Positions 52,156 to 64,000 of a DNA stretch of 64,000 nt are shown here, piece by piece. The position numbers were made by a program, and so were the translations under genes. Every line of letters starts with the position of its first letter. Positions within the stretch are counted from its first letter, which is position 1. The stretch lies in the NCBI RefSeq assembly GCF_004010195.1, contig NC_057719.1, positions 50,581,008-50,645,007 on the forward strand, written 5' to 3'. The notes below the pieces were generated by a model that did not search any database, had not been told where the DNA came from, and saw nothing but the letters and a program-made list of their open reading frames with translations. Origin of the DNA: Chiloscyllium plagiosum (Eukaryota).

Positions 52156-52188
52156 TTTGTTTGGCACAGATCTTGTGTGAGATCAACT

Positions 52189-52324
52189 AGGAGAAAGTGA
52201 GAACTGCAGATGCTGGAGTACCAGAGTTGAAAAATGTGGTGCTGGAAAAACACAGTAGGTCACTCCTGCTCCTCGGATGCTGCCTGGCCTGCTGTGTTTT
52301 TCCAGCACCACATTTTTCAACTCT
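52189..52324. mobile_element. Short fold-back Penelope-derived element (hammerhead region absent)
   Basis: gagttgaaaaatgtggtgctggaaaaacacag pairs with ctgtgtttttccagcaccacatttttcaactc. Same family as 54881-55094; CAGATCTTGTGTG duplicated at 52167-52179 and 52325-52337. Confidence 0.8.
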
Positions 52325-54880
52325 CAGATCTTGTGTGCCTATTGTTTTGCAATGTGCCATTTTTCTTCTGTTGAGAATCTTGGGATCCAACACTGAATTA
52401 TTTAATTATTGTGTTTAGCAATTCACGCTATTTTTGTTTCACTCAACTTGATAAATGTTGCAATCCCAGATCATTAAAATAGCCCCCATCTTTCATGAAA
52501 ACTCTGAGGAATTATGATGTATCCAAGTACTTGACCAGAGAAAAACATTCTAGGTATACATATTACCGGACTTTTAAATGTGTTTGACAGCTAACTAAAT
52601 TACAGTTCACCTTTTCCACATGTTAAAACCTTGCTCAGTTTTCTATTCATGCTGGGGGTATTATGTATACTCGAGTGGCAATTTATTGAATGGAAGAGGA
52701 GGGTATTTGCTGGAAGAGGTTTGAATGTCACTGCGGTAAGAGAGCATAAATGAAGGGGACTGAAATATTGGCTGTCTGATGTTCTTGTGCCTGGTCATCA
52801 GCCTGAAGAATCTCAGCTGCTCCTACTTGTGTAAATCATGGGTATGGTTGCCTAGATACAGATGCATTTGATTAGCTTGTTCTTCCCTTGAGATTCTGCA
52901 CCACCCTATTAATGGAAGACAGCAGCATTAGAAAGTGAGAAAAATGGTCTTCCATAAATGTATTTTTGTCCACATTGAAATTGCAGCAAGGATGAAAAAC
53001 ACTGATGTGCACCCCAGGCTGTCTTTATTATTCCAGAGCTGACATTGAGTGTAAACAGAAGATGACTCATCAGTCAGACAACAAATGTCACTGTCAGGCG
53101 TTATCTTTAACTGAGAATTCTAAACACCCACTTGTCATCTGCTGCACGTACAGGTCTATGATTTCATTATCCTTTACCCTTGTATGGGGTGAACTGAGCC
53201 CATCTGTAGAATTGTGGAAAAACAAGGCAAATTTATTTTGGAGTAATTACTGGTTGGCTTGAAAGAGATGATGATTTTTAGGTAATTCATCATCATCTGT
53301 ATTAGTTTAACACAATTTGCTTTGTAATGAAAAAATATACAGGAGTGGTATGGACGACAGGCATGTTGTTGGGATTCTAAATGTTGTTCATACAATTTAC
53401 TGCAGCAACTTTCATAATTCACAGATTTTCTTGAAATACATTGATCTTTGGTAAACTTTTGATTCTGCTTTTATTAAAAATACAATGAAGTAATTTTGGA
53501 TAAGATTTTGGGGATTCAAAGCTGTAGAAGGCAAAATAGTTTTATACAAAAAGGAGAGAAGCAGTTTTTAAAACAAAAGTCTGAATGCTCCCTATTGTTA
53601 GTGATGTAATGGTGGTAATAATTGTGATTATGTTAATCATTGCAGTATGATAGACAAAGAAAATAAATGGTGTAAAATGCACATTAAAAAATGCTGTGTC
53701 ATTACATAATGGGATTGCATTCTCAAAGTGTGTCTTTGAATTGTAGGACTGCTTTTAAAAATAAACTATTAACCTTGCTCTTTAATTTTCTTGATTCCTT
53801 CATGTTTATGGTTGTCTATTGTCTGACTGAAGAAGTGAATAACTCTCATGTTTACAGGCCTTAATCTCTCTTGAATTCAGAAGTGCAAAGATGGTGGCTT
53901 ACTTTTAATAGCCAGTTTCTGCAAAGAATATGTTGCTAAGCGTGAAGATGTGTGTCAGTCCATACCACGCAATAACACAATGACCCTGAAAATCCACAGG
54001 GCCACTTCCTGGCATAAATGTCAGGAAGTTCCCACCCACCATTACCATGACCTATGGAAACTTCATTTTTCTCTAACTGAAAACGAATGATTGATTGAGG
54101 TTTAAGTCCATCTTGGGTGGTAGGTCAAGCTGGTGCTAATAAATATCAATGTGTTTTACTCTACATTCTTTTCCCTTGCAATCAGGAAACAGTTACTGAA
54201 AAACATCCAATCCACTTCCTAGATCAGTCCTATTGTTCAGAACTGTGTTACTTTTAAACCACCATCATGCTTGCATCCTAATTTTATGTATCCTGAAACA
54301 GCAGAAGTGGAAATTTATAGCACTGGTTGTCCATTCGCTCAGTAGCTTTAATTGGGATCAATAATATGAGATTGTAATTGCTTTATCAGATTTTACCCTA
54401 ACATGATAAATGTTTTTATTTCCTACTTTATGCATGTTGGAGATGTTTCCAGTTGAACTCTGCTCTCTGTTGTTGGTTACTTCTGCTCAATTCTTCAGTT
54501 TCAGTCTTGCCTGTTGATTCTGGTCCCACGTAGAGTCACCCCCTAAGATGGTACTGATGTTTTAGGAAAGATCTCTCTTCCCTGCTTCCACTGCAGGCAA
54601 TTAACCTACTATATCATTTCACTTTATCGCAACTTCCCTTTTCGGGCCAATTCCCATCAACCCACTGCCAGAGCTATCAAATCCCAAAATTATTCCTCCA
54701 GGTTTAACAAAGCTGGAGATTGATATCCTACAACATTGATAAATACCAGGTACCCTTAGATGCAGCCATGTCCTTTTTTAAATTCTCAGCTTCAAAATGA
54801 AACGCATATGTTAAAAGCGTTAAAAGTCCCAAAATATTAAAAAATCATAGCATAGAATTTGATTTGACATTATAAATATA

Positions 54881-55094
54881 GGAGAAAGTGAGGACTGCAG
54901 ATGCTGGAGTTCAGAGCTGAAAAATGTGTTGCTGGAAAAGCGCAGCAGGTCAGGCAGCATCCAAGGAGCAGGAGAATCGACGTTTCGGACATAAGCCCTT
55001 CTTCAGGAAAGGGCTTATGCCTGAAACATCGATTCTCCTGCTCCTTGGATGCTGCCTGACCTGCTGCACTTTTCCAGCAATACATTTTTCAGCT
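54881..55094. mobile_element. Fold-back Penelope-derived element with 13-bp TSD
   Basis: Arms 54914-55000 and 55009-55095 with an 8-nt spacer; CATTATAAATATA at 54868-54880 and 55095-55107. Confidence 0.88.
54975..55010 (-). ncRNA. Minimal hammerhead ribozyme motif
   Basis: Minus strand reads ttc-CTGAAGA-A-GGGC-TTAT-GTCC-GAAA-CGTC-gatt: CUGANGA and GAAA core intact, 4-bp stem II, GUC site. Confidence 0.7.
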
Positions 55095-55634
55095 CATTAT
55101 AAATATATTATTACATAGCATCGATTTTATTGTAAGACAATGCATTATCTGACTCTTTGAGCTGAAAGTTTCAGTGGCCAATGGGGAAGGCATCAGAGAT
55201 GATTTCCTGTCTGTACTCAGTATTTTTTTTGACATAGTTGTACCTCCAGGTCATTTTCATTTTGGGAAGATTGAACGAAGCACCCACAAAAACCAAAAGA
55301 TGAATGTGGCAGCTTAGAACAGACAAAGTGACGCCACTTGTTAGATCCACCTAGATTTCACTCTCATTGTCTTATTAGCTATTTGGCTGTATTGGTCACT
55401 TATGCTTGACCATCCAGTGGGTGGAAGTGGCCATTTTTAATGCATAAAATGTTTATCTTTCTCTCTGCTAATTTGATCAGCAATATTTTCTTTCTAAGTT
55501 GGGGCTGTCCATCTATGAATCCTGAAGGGCAATCTGTTTATTCTCCTGTTTCAAGAGCTTACCGTCCATTCCTAATTAGATGATAGGAATGCATCCTAGC
55601 CATTAAATGGTTTGTTATTTAAACATCACTGTGG

Positions 55635-55895
55635 AAAGAGGTCTTATGGCACAATGGTAGCAAACAGTGTTAATGACACCAGAAGCTCCAGGTCCATATT
55701 CCATTCCAGGACTTGATGGCCAAGAAAGGTGCATTCATAATGAAGCCAAATAGGTTGAATGACAGTTCATAAATCTTTCTAATATGTGCCTCAAGCAGTT
55801 TGTAAGTGTGGAAGAGATTCTTGTTCATCTATGTGACTAAAACTGGAGTCCTTACCATCACTATAGCTCAGCACTGCAACATGCAAGGGAGTACA
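55635..55895 (+). mobile_element. Probable old tRNA-derived SINE
   Basis: A-box-like tggcacaatggtag and a decayed B-box region; family not identified. Confidence 0.4.
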
Positions 55896-56194
55896 GAGAA
55901 GAGGAACAATTGGTTCACTTGATCGACAGCACGGGCTTTGATCCCTTTTCTGGCTGGCATGGATTCGGTCCTTGCCTCCTTAAGGTGGTCAGTACCATGG
56001 CACTTTGGTGAGGACTTCCTTCAGGTAGAGAACTCATAACACAGTGGAAGAAAGAGGCAGGTGTACACCTATGGCTATGAAGATTGTGGAGGTGCCCTAG
56101 AGGAAATGAACTGTGGTCCTCACCTCGTTGTGCCAAGTTGCCACCTTTATCCCATGGTTAGGAAGAGAACCTATCAAGGAGAATCTTTCTGCAT

Positions 56195-56580
56195 TTAGAT
56201 ACGAACCACATTAGTATCCCAGGAGTAGCAAATAGTGCTGATCATTGCACAATCATGAGCGAACAGCCTCACTTTAGTCCTTATGATGGAGAGATGGTTA
56301 TTGATGAAACAGCTGAAGATGTTTGGGCCTAGGATTCTACTCTGATGAACTCCTCTAGAAATGCCCTGGAGCTCAGAAGACCTATCTTCAAAAACCACAA
56401 CTATGTTCTCTTGTGCCATGTATGACTCCAATTAACTGAGAAGTTCCCTCCTGATATCCATTGATTCCAGTTTTGCTAGGGCTCCGTGATGCCACGGGCA
56501 GCCAAATGTGGCATTGATGTCAGGGGCAATCACTTTCACCTCACCTCAGCACTTTTGTCCATATTTGAACCAAGGAACAA
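56195..56580 (-). mobile_element. L2/CR1 LINE RT fragment
   Basis: GVHQSRILGPNIFSCFINNH...VRLFAHDC is a decayed [11 protein letters not shown]....ND...LFADD. Confidence 0.75.
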
Positions 56581-56582
56581 AC

Positions 56583-56868
56583 AGATTAGATTACTTACAG
56601 TATGGAAACAGGCTCTTCGGCCCAACAAGTCCACACCGACCCGCCGAAGAGCAACCCACCCAGACCCATTCCCCTATACCTAACACTACGGGCAATTTAG
56701 CATGGCCAATTCACCTAACCTGCACGTTTTTGGACTGTGGGAGGAAACCCGCACAGACACAGGGAGAATGTGCAAACTCCACACAGACAGGTGCCTGAGG
56801 CGGGAATTGAACCCGAGTCTCTGGCGCTGTGAGGCAGCAGTGTTAACCACTGTGCCACCTTGCCGCCC
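56583..56868 (-). mobile_element. HE1-type SINE, near full length
   Basis: (agatt)n tail; minus-strand head gggcggcaaggtggcacagtggttaacac (A box) and gggttcaattccc (B box). Confidence 0.9.
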
Positions 56869-58289
56869 ACAATCAGAAGCCTAGTGGGCCTGACGGACCG
56901 CTAAGTTTAAGTCTGAACAGTGGGCCAGGAAGAGGTAACAATGTTCAAAGTAATGTGAGAAGAGTTGGAGGAGCAAGAGAGGTAAGGTTTATTAAAATAA
57001 TGAAGCTGCAGAATGAACAGGAGAAAACAGAGAGCTGTTTGAACCTTCTCTGGTCAACAAGTGGATCTGAATTTAGGGTGAAGCTTTGACAGTTCAACTG
57101 AATATGGACAAATTAAATGGTAAATGTTGATGTACATGACTTATAATTGGAATTGCCGATAAAATAATAAAATCAAATATATAACCATTTGAAAATAAAG
57201 ATTTTGAATGGAAAGTGTGTGCACTTGTTGGGAATGTTGACATTATTATAGATGTGCTCAAACCTTCCAATTTTAACAATAAAATTGTAAGTACCTGCCA
57301 TTACTATCACTGTGAAACTGGTACAAACTTTAGCATTCACACATGCTCAGTTAAACATAACAATCAAGTTATTGTTGTCAGTGATTACATGTTTGTTCAC
57401 AGGGTGCACAGTTGAAGTCTCCTCGTAGGGCAGAATCCTACACTGCCTCTCAGGTGGCTTTGCAGTCAGGTTTTTTGAAAATTCTCCTGGTAGCCTTTCT
57501 GCTGCCTTCCTGTGTGTAAGATTATATTGGTTTGTCCTAATTTAAGCTCCTTCCTGTGAGGCCTCTGTTTAGAGGCTGATTGGACGAATTCAGAGGCAGG
57601 TTATCCTGCTTGGGCCTTGGTGGGTATGCTCTTACACCACATCAAGCACAACCCAACACACTGATCCATCCTGCCCCAGGTCTGCCACTGCCAGCGTTCC
57701 ATCCTAATGAAACTTTCCAACTGTCCCGTTCATGAGACACCTTTGCTTATTTCGTTATTGTTTTCAGTGGACCCTGGGAACTGCTTGTATCCTCAGCCCT
57801 GGTCACTGCTGACACTACAGATTTGCTGATTAATTAGTATCAGGCAGAGATTGCCTGTATGACAGTCTGAAGTCCCATCTCCAGCCATTAGGTCCTGCCC
57901 ATGGAAATCTTCCAAATTCTCTTTAATTGCCATACCATAAATATCCACTTTAGTTTTATTAGTCTTGCTGTAAACACCAATTTAAAAAGTTGAATGTTGT
58001 TGAACGAGTTGAAACTAGGTTTTGAATACTGTACTAAATTCATAGTTGTTCCGCAGCAATTATTCTGACCTGGAAAAAAACTGCTTTTCTAATTATTCTA
58101 TGGTTCTACTTGGGGAAAGTCAACTTTCCATAATGATAAAAAAATTAAATGGAGGAGAAATACTTGACCTGTTTTCAAGTCTTCCTGACTTCAAAGACAG
58201 ATCAATTGTCAAGAGATCAAATGAAAGCTAGAACTATTTTATTGAGAAGTATTATGAACTAGACCAAATCACATTCAAATATTGAGTGA

Positions 58290-58563
58290 TTTCAAGACTA
58301 GGGGGCACATTTATAAGGTGAGAGGAGAAAGATTTTAAAAAGATGTGAGGGGCAATGTTTTTACAGTCTGGAATGAACTTCCAGAGGAAATGGTGGTTGC
58401 TGGTACAGTTGCAACATTTAAAAGACATTTAGATAAGTACATAATTAAAAAATTGTTTGGAGGGTTTGGGCCAAATATAGGCAGGTGTGACTTGTTTAGT
58501 TTGGGATTGTGGTCGGTTTAGACAGATTGGATTGAAGGGTCTGTATCCATGCTGTATTACTCT
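58290..58563 (+). mobile_element. CR1/HER1 LINE 3' end
   Basis: aagactagggggcaca...ctggaatgaacttccagaggaa...gaagggtctgtatccatgctgta. Confidence 0.8.
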
Positions 58564-59464
58564 AAATTAAGGAGATAGCCGAGACCCTAACTTTTATCTT
58601 ATTTAAAGGCAAGTGTAAGTGCAGTGTTCCAGATGTATTTTGATTGGTCACCCTATTCAACTTTAAGCAAAGCATTCTTTATTCTTACACCCAGTTGAAA
58701 TACAAACAAAAGATAAGAGAATTGACATAACTTTAATCCTGTTGGAAAACCGAACAGAATAATAGATTATTTTACTATTAACACCAGCTATTCCCTTGTT
58801 GTAACATCTCAAACACACCTTTGGCAAAGACAAATTCAGTAAAATAGATTGTATCATACACAATGTTTCTCCAGTTGAGGTGAAAAGAAAGCCAAGAGAA
58901 AATTCGGGCAGAGAGAGAGAACTTGAGCTTTTTGCTGTGGCTGAGAGAGATTTATAACAGCTTCCACATTCAAATTCAAAGCTGAACTAAACTCCTGGTT
59001 CTGTGGGAATCTGACTCCACCCATTCATGGTGTTTCTCTTGTTCTAACTTTCAAAAAAAACCCAAAGGCCTTACAAGCTGTTTAGTTTATTGGCTTGAAA
59101 GAGACAACTCAGCACATCTGTCTCAAAGCCACTCATCAAAAGAAAACAAGGCAAAATCCACAGAAAGGCTCTCTATCTGAATGTGCATAACATTTTTAGC
59201 CAAGGAAACAAATTGATAGTGGACCTTGGAGTAAGTAAATATAACCTAATTGCCATTGCAAGACATGACTGAAAGATGACAAGGATTGAATCTTTAATAT
59301 TGAATCTGTCTGGGAATTCTTGAACCCAGCGTCAAAGACAATCAGTTTGAAATCGTGCCCCTTTAATATGACATTCAAGAAGAAAAAGAAGCTAGACAAA
59401 GGTGGAAAATAACACTTAATTAAAAACAAATTTTCTGTGATTATTTGAGATGACATTGTTCCAG

Positions 59465-59770
59465 GAGATCAGCATGTACTATCAATTTGAGTCGAGATGA
59501 CGAACAGTATGGGAAAGAAGTCACTTGTTGGAGTTGTTATCATGCCTTCTAACTGTAATCCCAATATGGAAAAAATACATATGAGAAAAGTAAATTGAAT
59601 GCTTGTGATAAAGGGACAACAATAATCATAGGTGACTTTAATCTAAGTAAAAATTGGAAAAAGTCATTCAGGCAGTAAAAACCTCGATGAGGAGTCCAAC
59701 AAATGTTTCAAGAAAGTTTCTTTGAGCATCATGTTCTGGAACTGACCAGACAGCAAGTTATAATAGACTT
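59465..59770 (+). mobile_element. Old CR1 endonuclease fragment
   Basis: acaataatcataggtgactttaatct (IIGDFN), ttcttgagcatcatgttctggaactgacc-like and atagacttcgta remnants; homologous to 33500-33790. Confidence 0.55.
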
Positions 59771-61369
59771 CGTATATTTTCTTTATGGCTGTAAAAGGGA
59801 AAATAACCTTCAGATTCTGAAGTTTGAAAGAGGGAGATTGAAAGACAAGATGTAACATTTTCCTTTCGGAGGTATATTCTACTGTACCTGAAATAATGCG
59901 GCTAAATAATTGCAAAGTTTTACTATCATGGGCGTGTTACTCCAGAAGAGGTGTGAGAGTTGACATCTGACTGCTTTGTCAGTTGAGTCAGAAATTCCAG
60001 TCAGAGTTGGAAACCATATTTTTAAACCTGGTCAGATGTAACAAAATATTCACTTTTCTTAAGATGACTTCTGAACTGGATTATCTTGTCTAGGGACCAC
60101 CTGTTATGAACCTGTCTGGGAATTCTTGAACCCAGCATCAATGAGGATCAGTGTCAAAATTATATTCCTTTATATAGCACTGAGTGCCATATTCTGATGT
60201 TTAACTGTCCAGCAGACTTTGAAAACTACTGTAAAAGGGTAAATGTTTAAGGTAAGCATTTGGGTGGCATGAAGAATAATGGATGAATTCTTCGTGGTGA
60301 CAAATACACAGAACACAGGAGAAAGTTTTGTTTCAGATGCACAATATTTTACCTTTACTTGAGTTCATTGGGTAGGTTGGGTCAGGACCACTGGGGGCAG
60401 GTGAGATCAGGGGTTGGGTGGAGGAAAATTGTGTTAGGTCTGGTGGGGTCAGATTGAAGTGGGGGTGGGGAAATTGTCCATCTGGTGGGGTCAGAGTTTT
60501 GGGTTAGGTATCAAGGTTTGGGGTTGGGTTGTTGGCGAGGTTCCTGGGCTGACAGGTGGGTATACATGGTTGGGTTCCAGGAGGTGGGGCTGTTGCGGTG
60601 GGTCCCTGACCCAACAGAGTCATGGGGGCAGGTCAAGTCAAGCTTGGGATATGTGAACAGTTGCTGGATTAGGGAAGCAGTTCCTGCATCATGTCAGGTT
60701 ACCATAGTGGGGGCAGGTGATAGGATAGGTTGTCAGTACCTACTCTGGTGGGTGAGTAGTTGCTGGGTCAGTTGGATATGAGGGAAGGGAAGGGGAGTGG
60801 CTGCTGCCTGCAGTTTGGCTGCACAGATGCCTTATCGGCTTGGGGAGCTGGAGTTAGATGCTAAGTCTGATCAGGTCATGTTGAGATTTAGATGAGCTCT
60901 TGTCAGTGTGTGTCAGAGGTTCTTTTGGAGTATAGGGAGAGCTATGCCAGTAGAGAGTCAGGAAATCAGTTTAATAATTATCCAGGAGGTAGAGTAACTT
61001 TTAAATCCTCAAAGTTGTCTGCATTAGAAATTCCACATAATCCCAATGTGCAACTCCAGTCCGTGATGCTGTCATGACTACCTGGCCACGAGAATGTTGT
61101 GCCAATCTGAACAGGTGGAATTATTTTCATTGATCTAAGGTTAACAATCAATTTCAGCAGTTCTATGTGTGATGTTGTTCCATAACATGTAACTTTGCAG
61201 TTGCATGTTGTTAATTGTAAATCTTTAAGGGTAATTACTTGTCAATTACGGTCTGCAGATTATGACCATAAATCACATGTCGTTCTATTACTTATTGAAT
61301 CTATAAAACTATGAAGAGCTTATTGATACTTATATTTATGGTCTAAAATGAAGTGGCAAATCATTGATG

Positions 61370-61825
61370 TTGCCTTGAGAATTTGAGCTACAGGGAGAGG
61401 CTGAATAGGCTGGGGCTGTTTTCCCTGGAGAGTTGGAGGCTAAGAGGTGGCCTTATAGTGGTTTATAAAATCTTGAGTGGTAAGGATAGGGTAAATAGAC
61501 AAGATCTTTTCCTTGAGTTGGGTGGGTCCAGAACTAGAGGGCATAGATTTGGGGTGAGGGAAAAAATTTAAAAGGGACCTAAGGGGCAACTTCTTCATGC
61601 AGAGTGTGGTGCGTGTATGGAATCAGCTACCGGGGAAGTGGTGGAGGCTGGTACAGTGACAACATTTAAAAGGCATCTGGATGGGTACATGAATAGGAAG
61701 AATTTAGAGGGATATGGGCCAAGTACTGGCAAATGGGACTAGATTAGGTTAGGATATCTGTTTGGCATGGACTAGTTGGACCAAAAGATCTGATTCTGTG
61801 ATGTATGTACGTCTCTATCACTGTA
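61370..61825 (+). mobile_element. CR1/HER1 LINE 3' fragment
   Basis: LSYRERLNRLGLFSLE.WRLRG.LI.VYKIL...SRTRGH plus the 3' UTR. Confidence 0.88.
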
Positions 61826-62910
61826 TGAAGACACTATGAAATTATTACTTTCTCTTGCAAATTTTTTATACCTTCAGCTATATATTTACACATCTTTCAG
61901 GTATGTCCTGCTTTTCTATTTTGGAGGAATGCTACAGTTTGTACTCTTGAGTGGCTTCAATATATTTAGGGAGTGAAACTTAAAATACTTAATTATATAG
62001 AAAATCTTGTCCTAGCTGAGATCACAAAAATACTTCAAGGTTTGGTAAGGTAACTATGGTATGAGTTTATATTTCAAAGTATTATATCTTCTTTGATATA
62101 ACAAGATAAATGCAAGTATGGGAAGCAGTATATTTAAGGAGTCAAATATGTTTTGTTCAAAAATGTTATTTTTATTTGTGTTGTTTTTCAAATGGTACTT
62201 TTTCAAGAAATGTGAGCTATTGACCAAACCGAAAAGGCTTATTTTGAATTATTTTTAGCTGTGGCTGTTTTCTGTTTTGCTGTTCGAAACGGAAAGTCAA
62301 TTTCATTAAGAAAGTGAGAGAATAGTATTCTCTTGTTGTTATGACTTTTGACCTTCTACTTTCAGAGGGATAACTTTTCATGGCTTTGACCTATGCTGAT
62401 CCAAATGACTTGTGTCACTTGGTAGTTTTGTTTTTGCTTCTTGATCCAAACAGGAGAACTCTGAAATGGGAAAACTGTTGCTAAATTTCTCAGTGAATGA
62501 AAAAATTATGCTAGCATCATTTTGTATTCCTGTGTATGCTTTCTTTGGCCACTTTCATGCAGAAGGTCTTGAGCACAAGGGTAATAAGACTCGCTGTATT
62601 GGATCTGTCACTAAAATTTAACCAATCTTTGGAAACAATGGGCAGAACCTCTCTCTTCAAGAGCTGGCAACATTGGGAAGCTTAATTAGGTTGGCTGGTG
62701 TTGTACCTGAACCTCCCCTTGGCCACTGCAAAAAATAATTCAGTGTGAAGGCCCATGTTTGGCTGCCTTATCCAGTCACCAATTGAGACCACCTAATGGC
62801 TTTAGCCTGCCACTTCTTAGATTGCCTCCCAAGTGACAAGCTGCCTGGAGAGTGAGAGGGAAATTTCCTTCATCAAAGGCAATTAATAACTAATCAGGGA
62901 CTGGACACCG

Positions 62911-63262
62911 CAGAATCATAGAATCCTGACAGTGTGGTAAGAGGCCATTTGGTGTGTTGAGTCCGCACCAACCGTGCCCCCCCCCCACAGTCGAAGAGCA
63001 TCTGACCCAGACCCAGTCCCCCACCCTATCACTGTAACCCTGCATTTTCTATGGATAATTCGCCTAGCCTGCATATCCATAGACATCATAGGGCAATTTA
63101 GTGTGGCCAATCTACCTTATCTGTACATCATTGATTTGTGGAAGCAAACCAGAGCGCCTGAGGAAAGCTATGCAGACAGAGAGAAAATGCAGTCTCCACA
63201 TAGACAATCACCCAAGGCTGGATTCCAACCTCATCCCTGGCACTGTGAGGTAGCTGTGCCAT
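62911..63262 (-). mobile_element. HE1-type SINE (diverged)
   Basis: agaatcatagaatcc tail, gggcaatttagtgtggccaat, ctccacatagaca, ccctggcactgtgagg. Confidence 0.8.
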
Positions 63263-63757
63263 CCAAAAATCAGACTAATTCACAATTCCAGCTATGGTCA
63301 GGCAGGGAATTACGACTGGGAGCCACATCTGTGCCTCACCCTCACTGAGAGAAATGCACCTTCTCCTTGAGCTTTGCAACATTTGTCTGTGTCTTGTGTT
63401 GTCTGTGGGACTGCAGGGTGTGTTTTTTGCCCAGTAGGAGACATGGTCTCCTGTATCGTGCTGGTAAGTACTGCCCTTTGGCCTGGAGCTCTCACTAGAT
63501 GGAGACAGAGGGGTTTCTCTGAGAAACATTCCCTGGGACTTGATTCCAGGAGAATGATGACTGCTGACCTCTCCACTGCCATATTGGTTTATGCTTTGGC
63601 ATGCTTTCCCTGGATCAGGCCTCTCATTAGCTGTCCAGCCACGTAATGCTTCGAAGATTCTGCTCAGTGTTCAGAAAAATTGTTAATCATTCATTGCCAA
63701 GGAAAAGCTGTTTGCATCCTTGCTCTGATGGCTATGGATTTCTGTTTGTTTGGATCG

Positions 63758-63885
63758 ATTAGATTTATTATTGTCACATGTACCGAGATACAGTGAAAAT
63801 TATTGTTTTGCATGCTAAACAGACAAATGATACCTTATATAAGTACATCAGGGTATTCAAATAGAATGTAGAATATAGTGTTACT
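63758..63885 (-). mobile_element. Rex-Babar-like LINE 3' tail
   Basis: tttattattgtcacatgtaccgagatacagtgaaaa matches the tail at 28553-28590. Confidence 0.6.
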
Positions 63886-64000
63886 ATATAGTATGCTACT
63901 AATAATCAAGAAACCATTTATCCAGGTAAATGTTCTGCAAACCCAGACTGAATCCCACCAGGAGAAGGTTAATAAAAGTCTGGACATAAACATCTAATGA

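Noticed and set aside
57426..57915. Possible Harbinger-type MITE beginning gggcagaat (similar start at 62641)
   Set aside because: Matching TIRs and a TSD could not be established.
1..64000. CRISPR arrays, tRNA/rRNA genes or prokaryotic systems
   Set aside because: Vertebrate DNA with no regularly spaced repeat-spacer array; the tRNA-like A/B boxes belong to SINE heads.

Overview
Vertebrate genomic DNA, most likely from an elasmobranch (shark), judged by its HE1-type SINEs, HER1/CR1 LINEs and a SacSINE1-like DeuSINE. The only supportable protein-coding gene is the intronless IRF2BPL (+, ATG 4966 to TAA 6948, 660 aa). It sits in a CpG island with NRF1, CRE and E-box promoter motifs. The remaining ~57 kb is gene-poor and full of decayed transposons: CR1/L2, Rex-Babar and RTE LINEs (some nested), SINEs and a fossil Harbinger transposase, plus one 233-nt assembly gap. 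The most notable hidden structure is four fold-back (palindromic) Penelope-like insertions. Three are bounded by 13-15 bp target-site-like duplications, and three carry minimal hammerhead-ribozyme motifs (CTGANGA...GAAA-CGTC/GCTA) in intact or decayed form. There is also an unexplained ~270-bp imperfect palindrome 6 kb downstream of IRF2BPL. Repeat family names come from recognition by eye, not database searches, and repeat boundaries are approximate.
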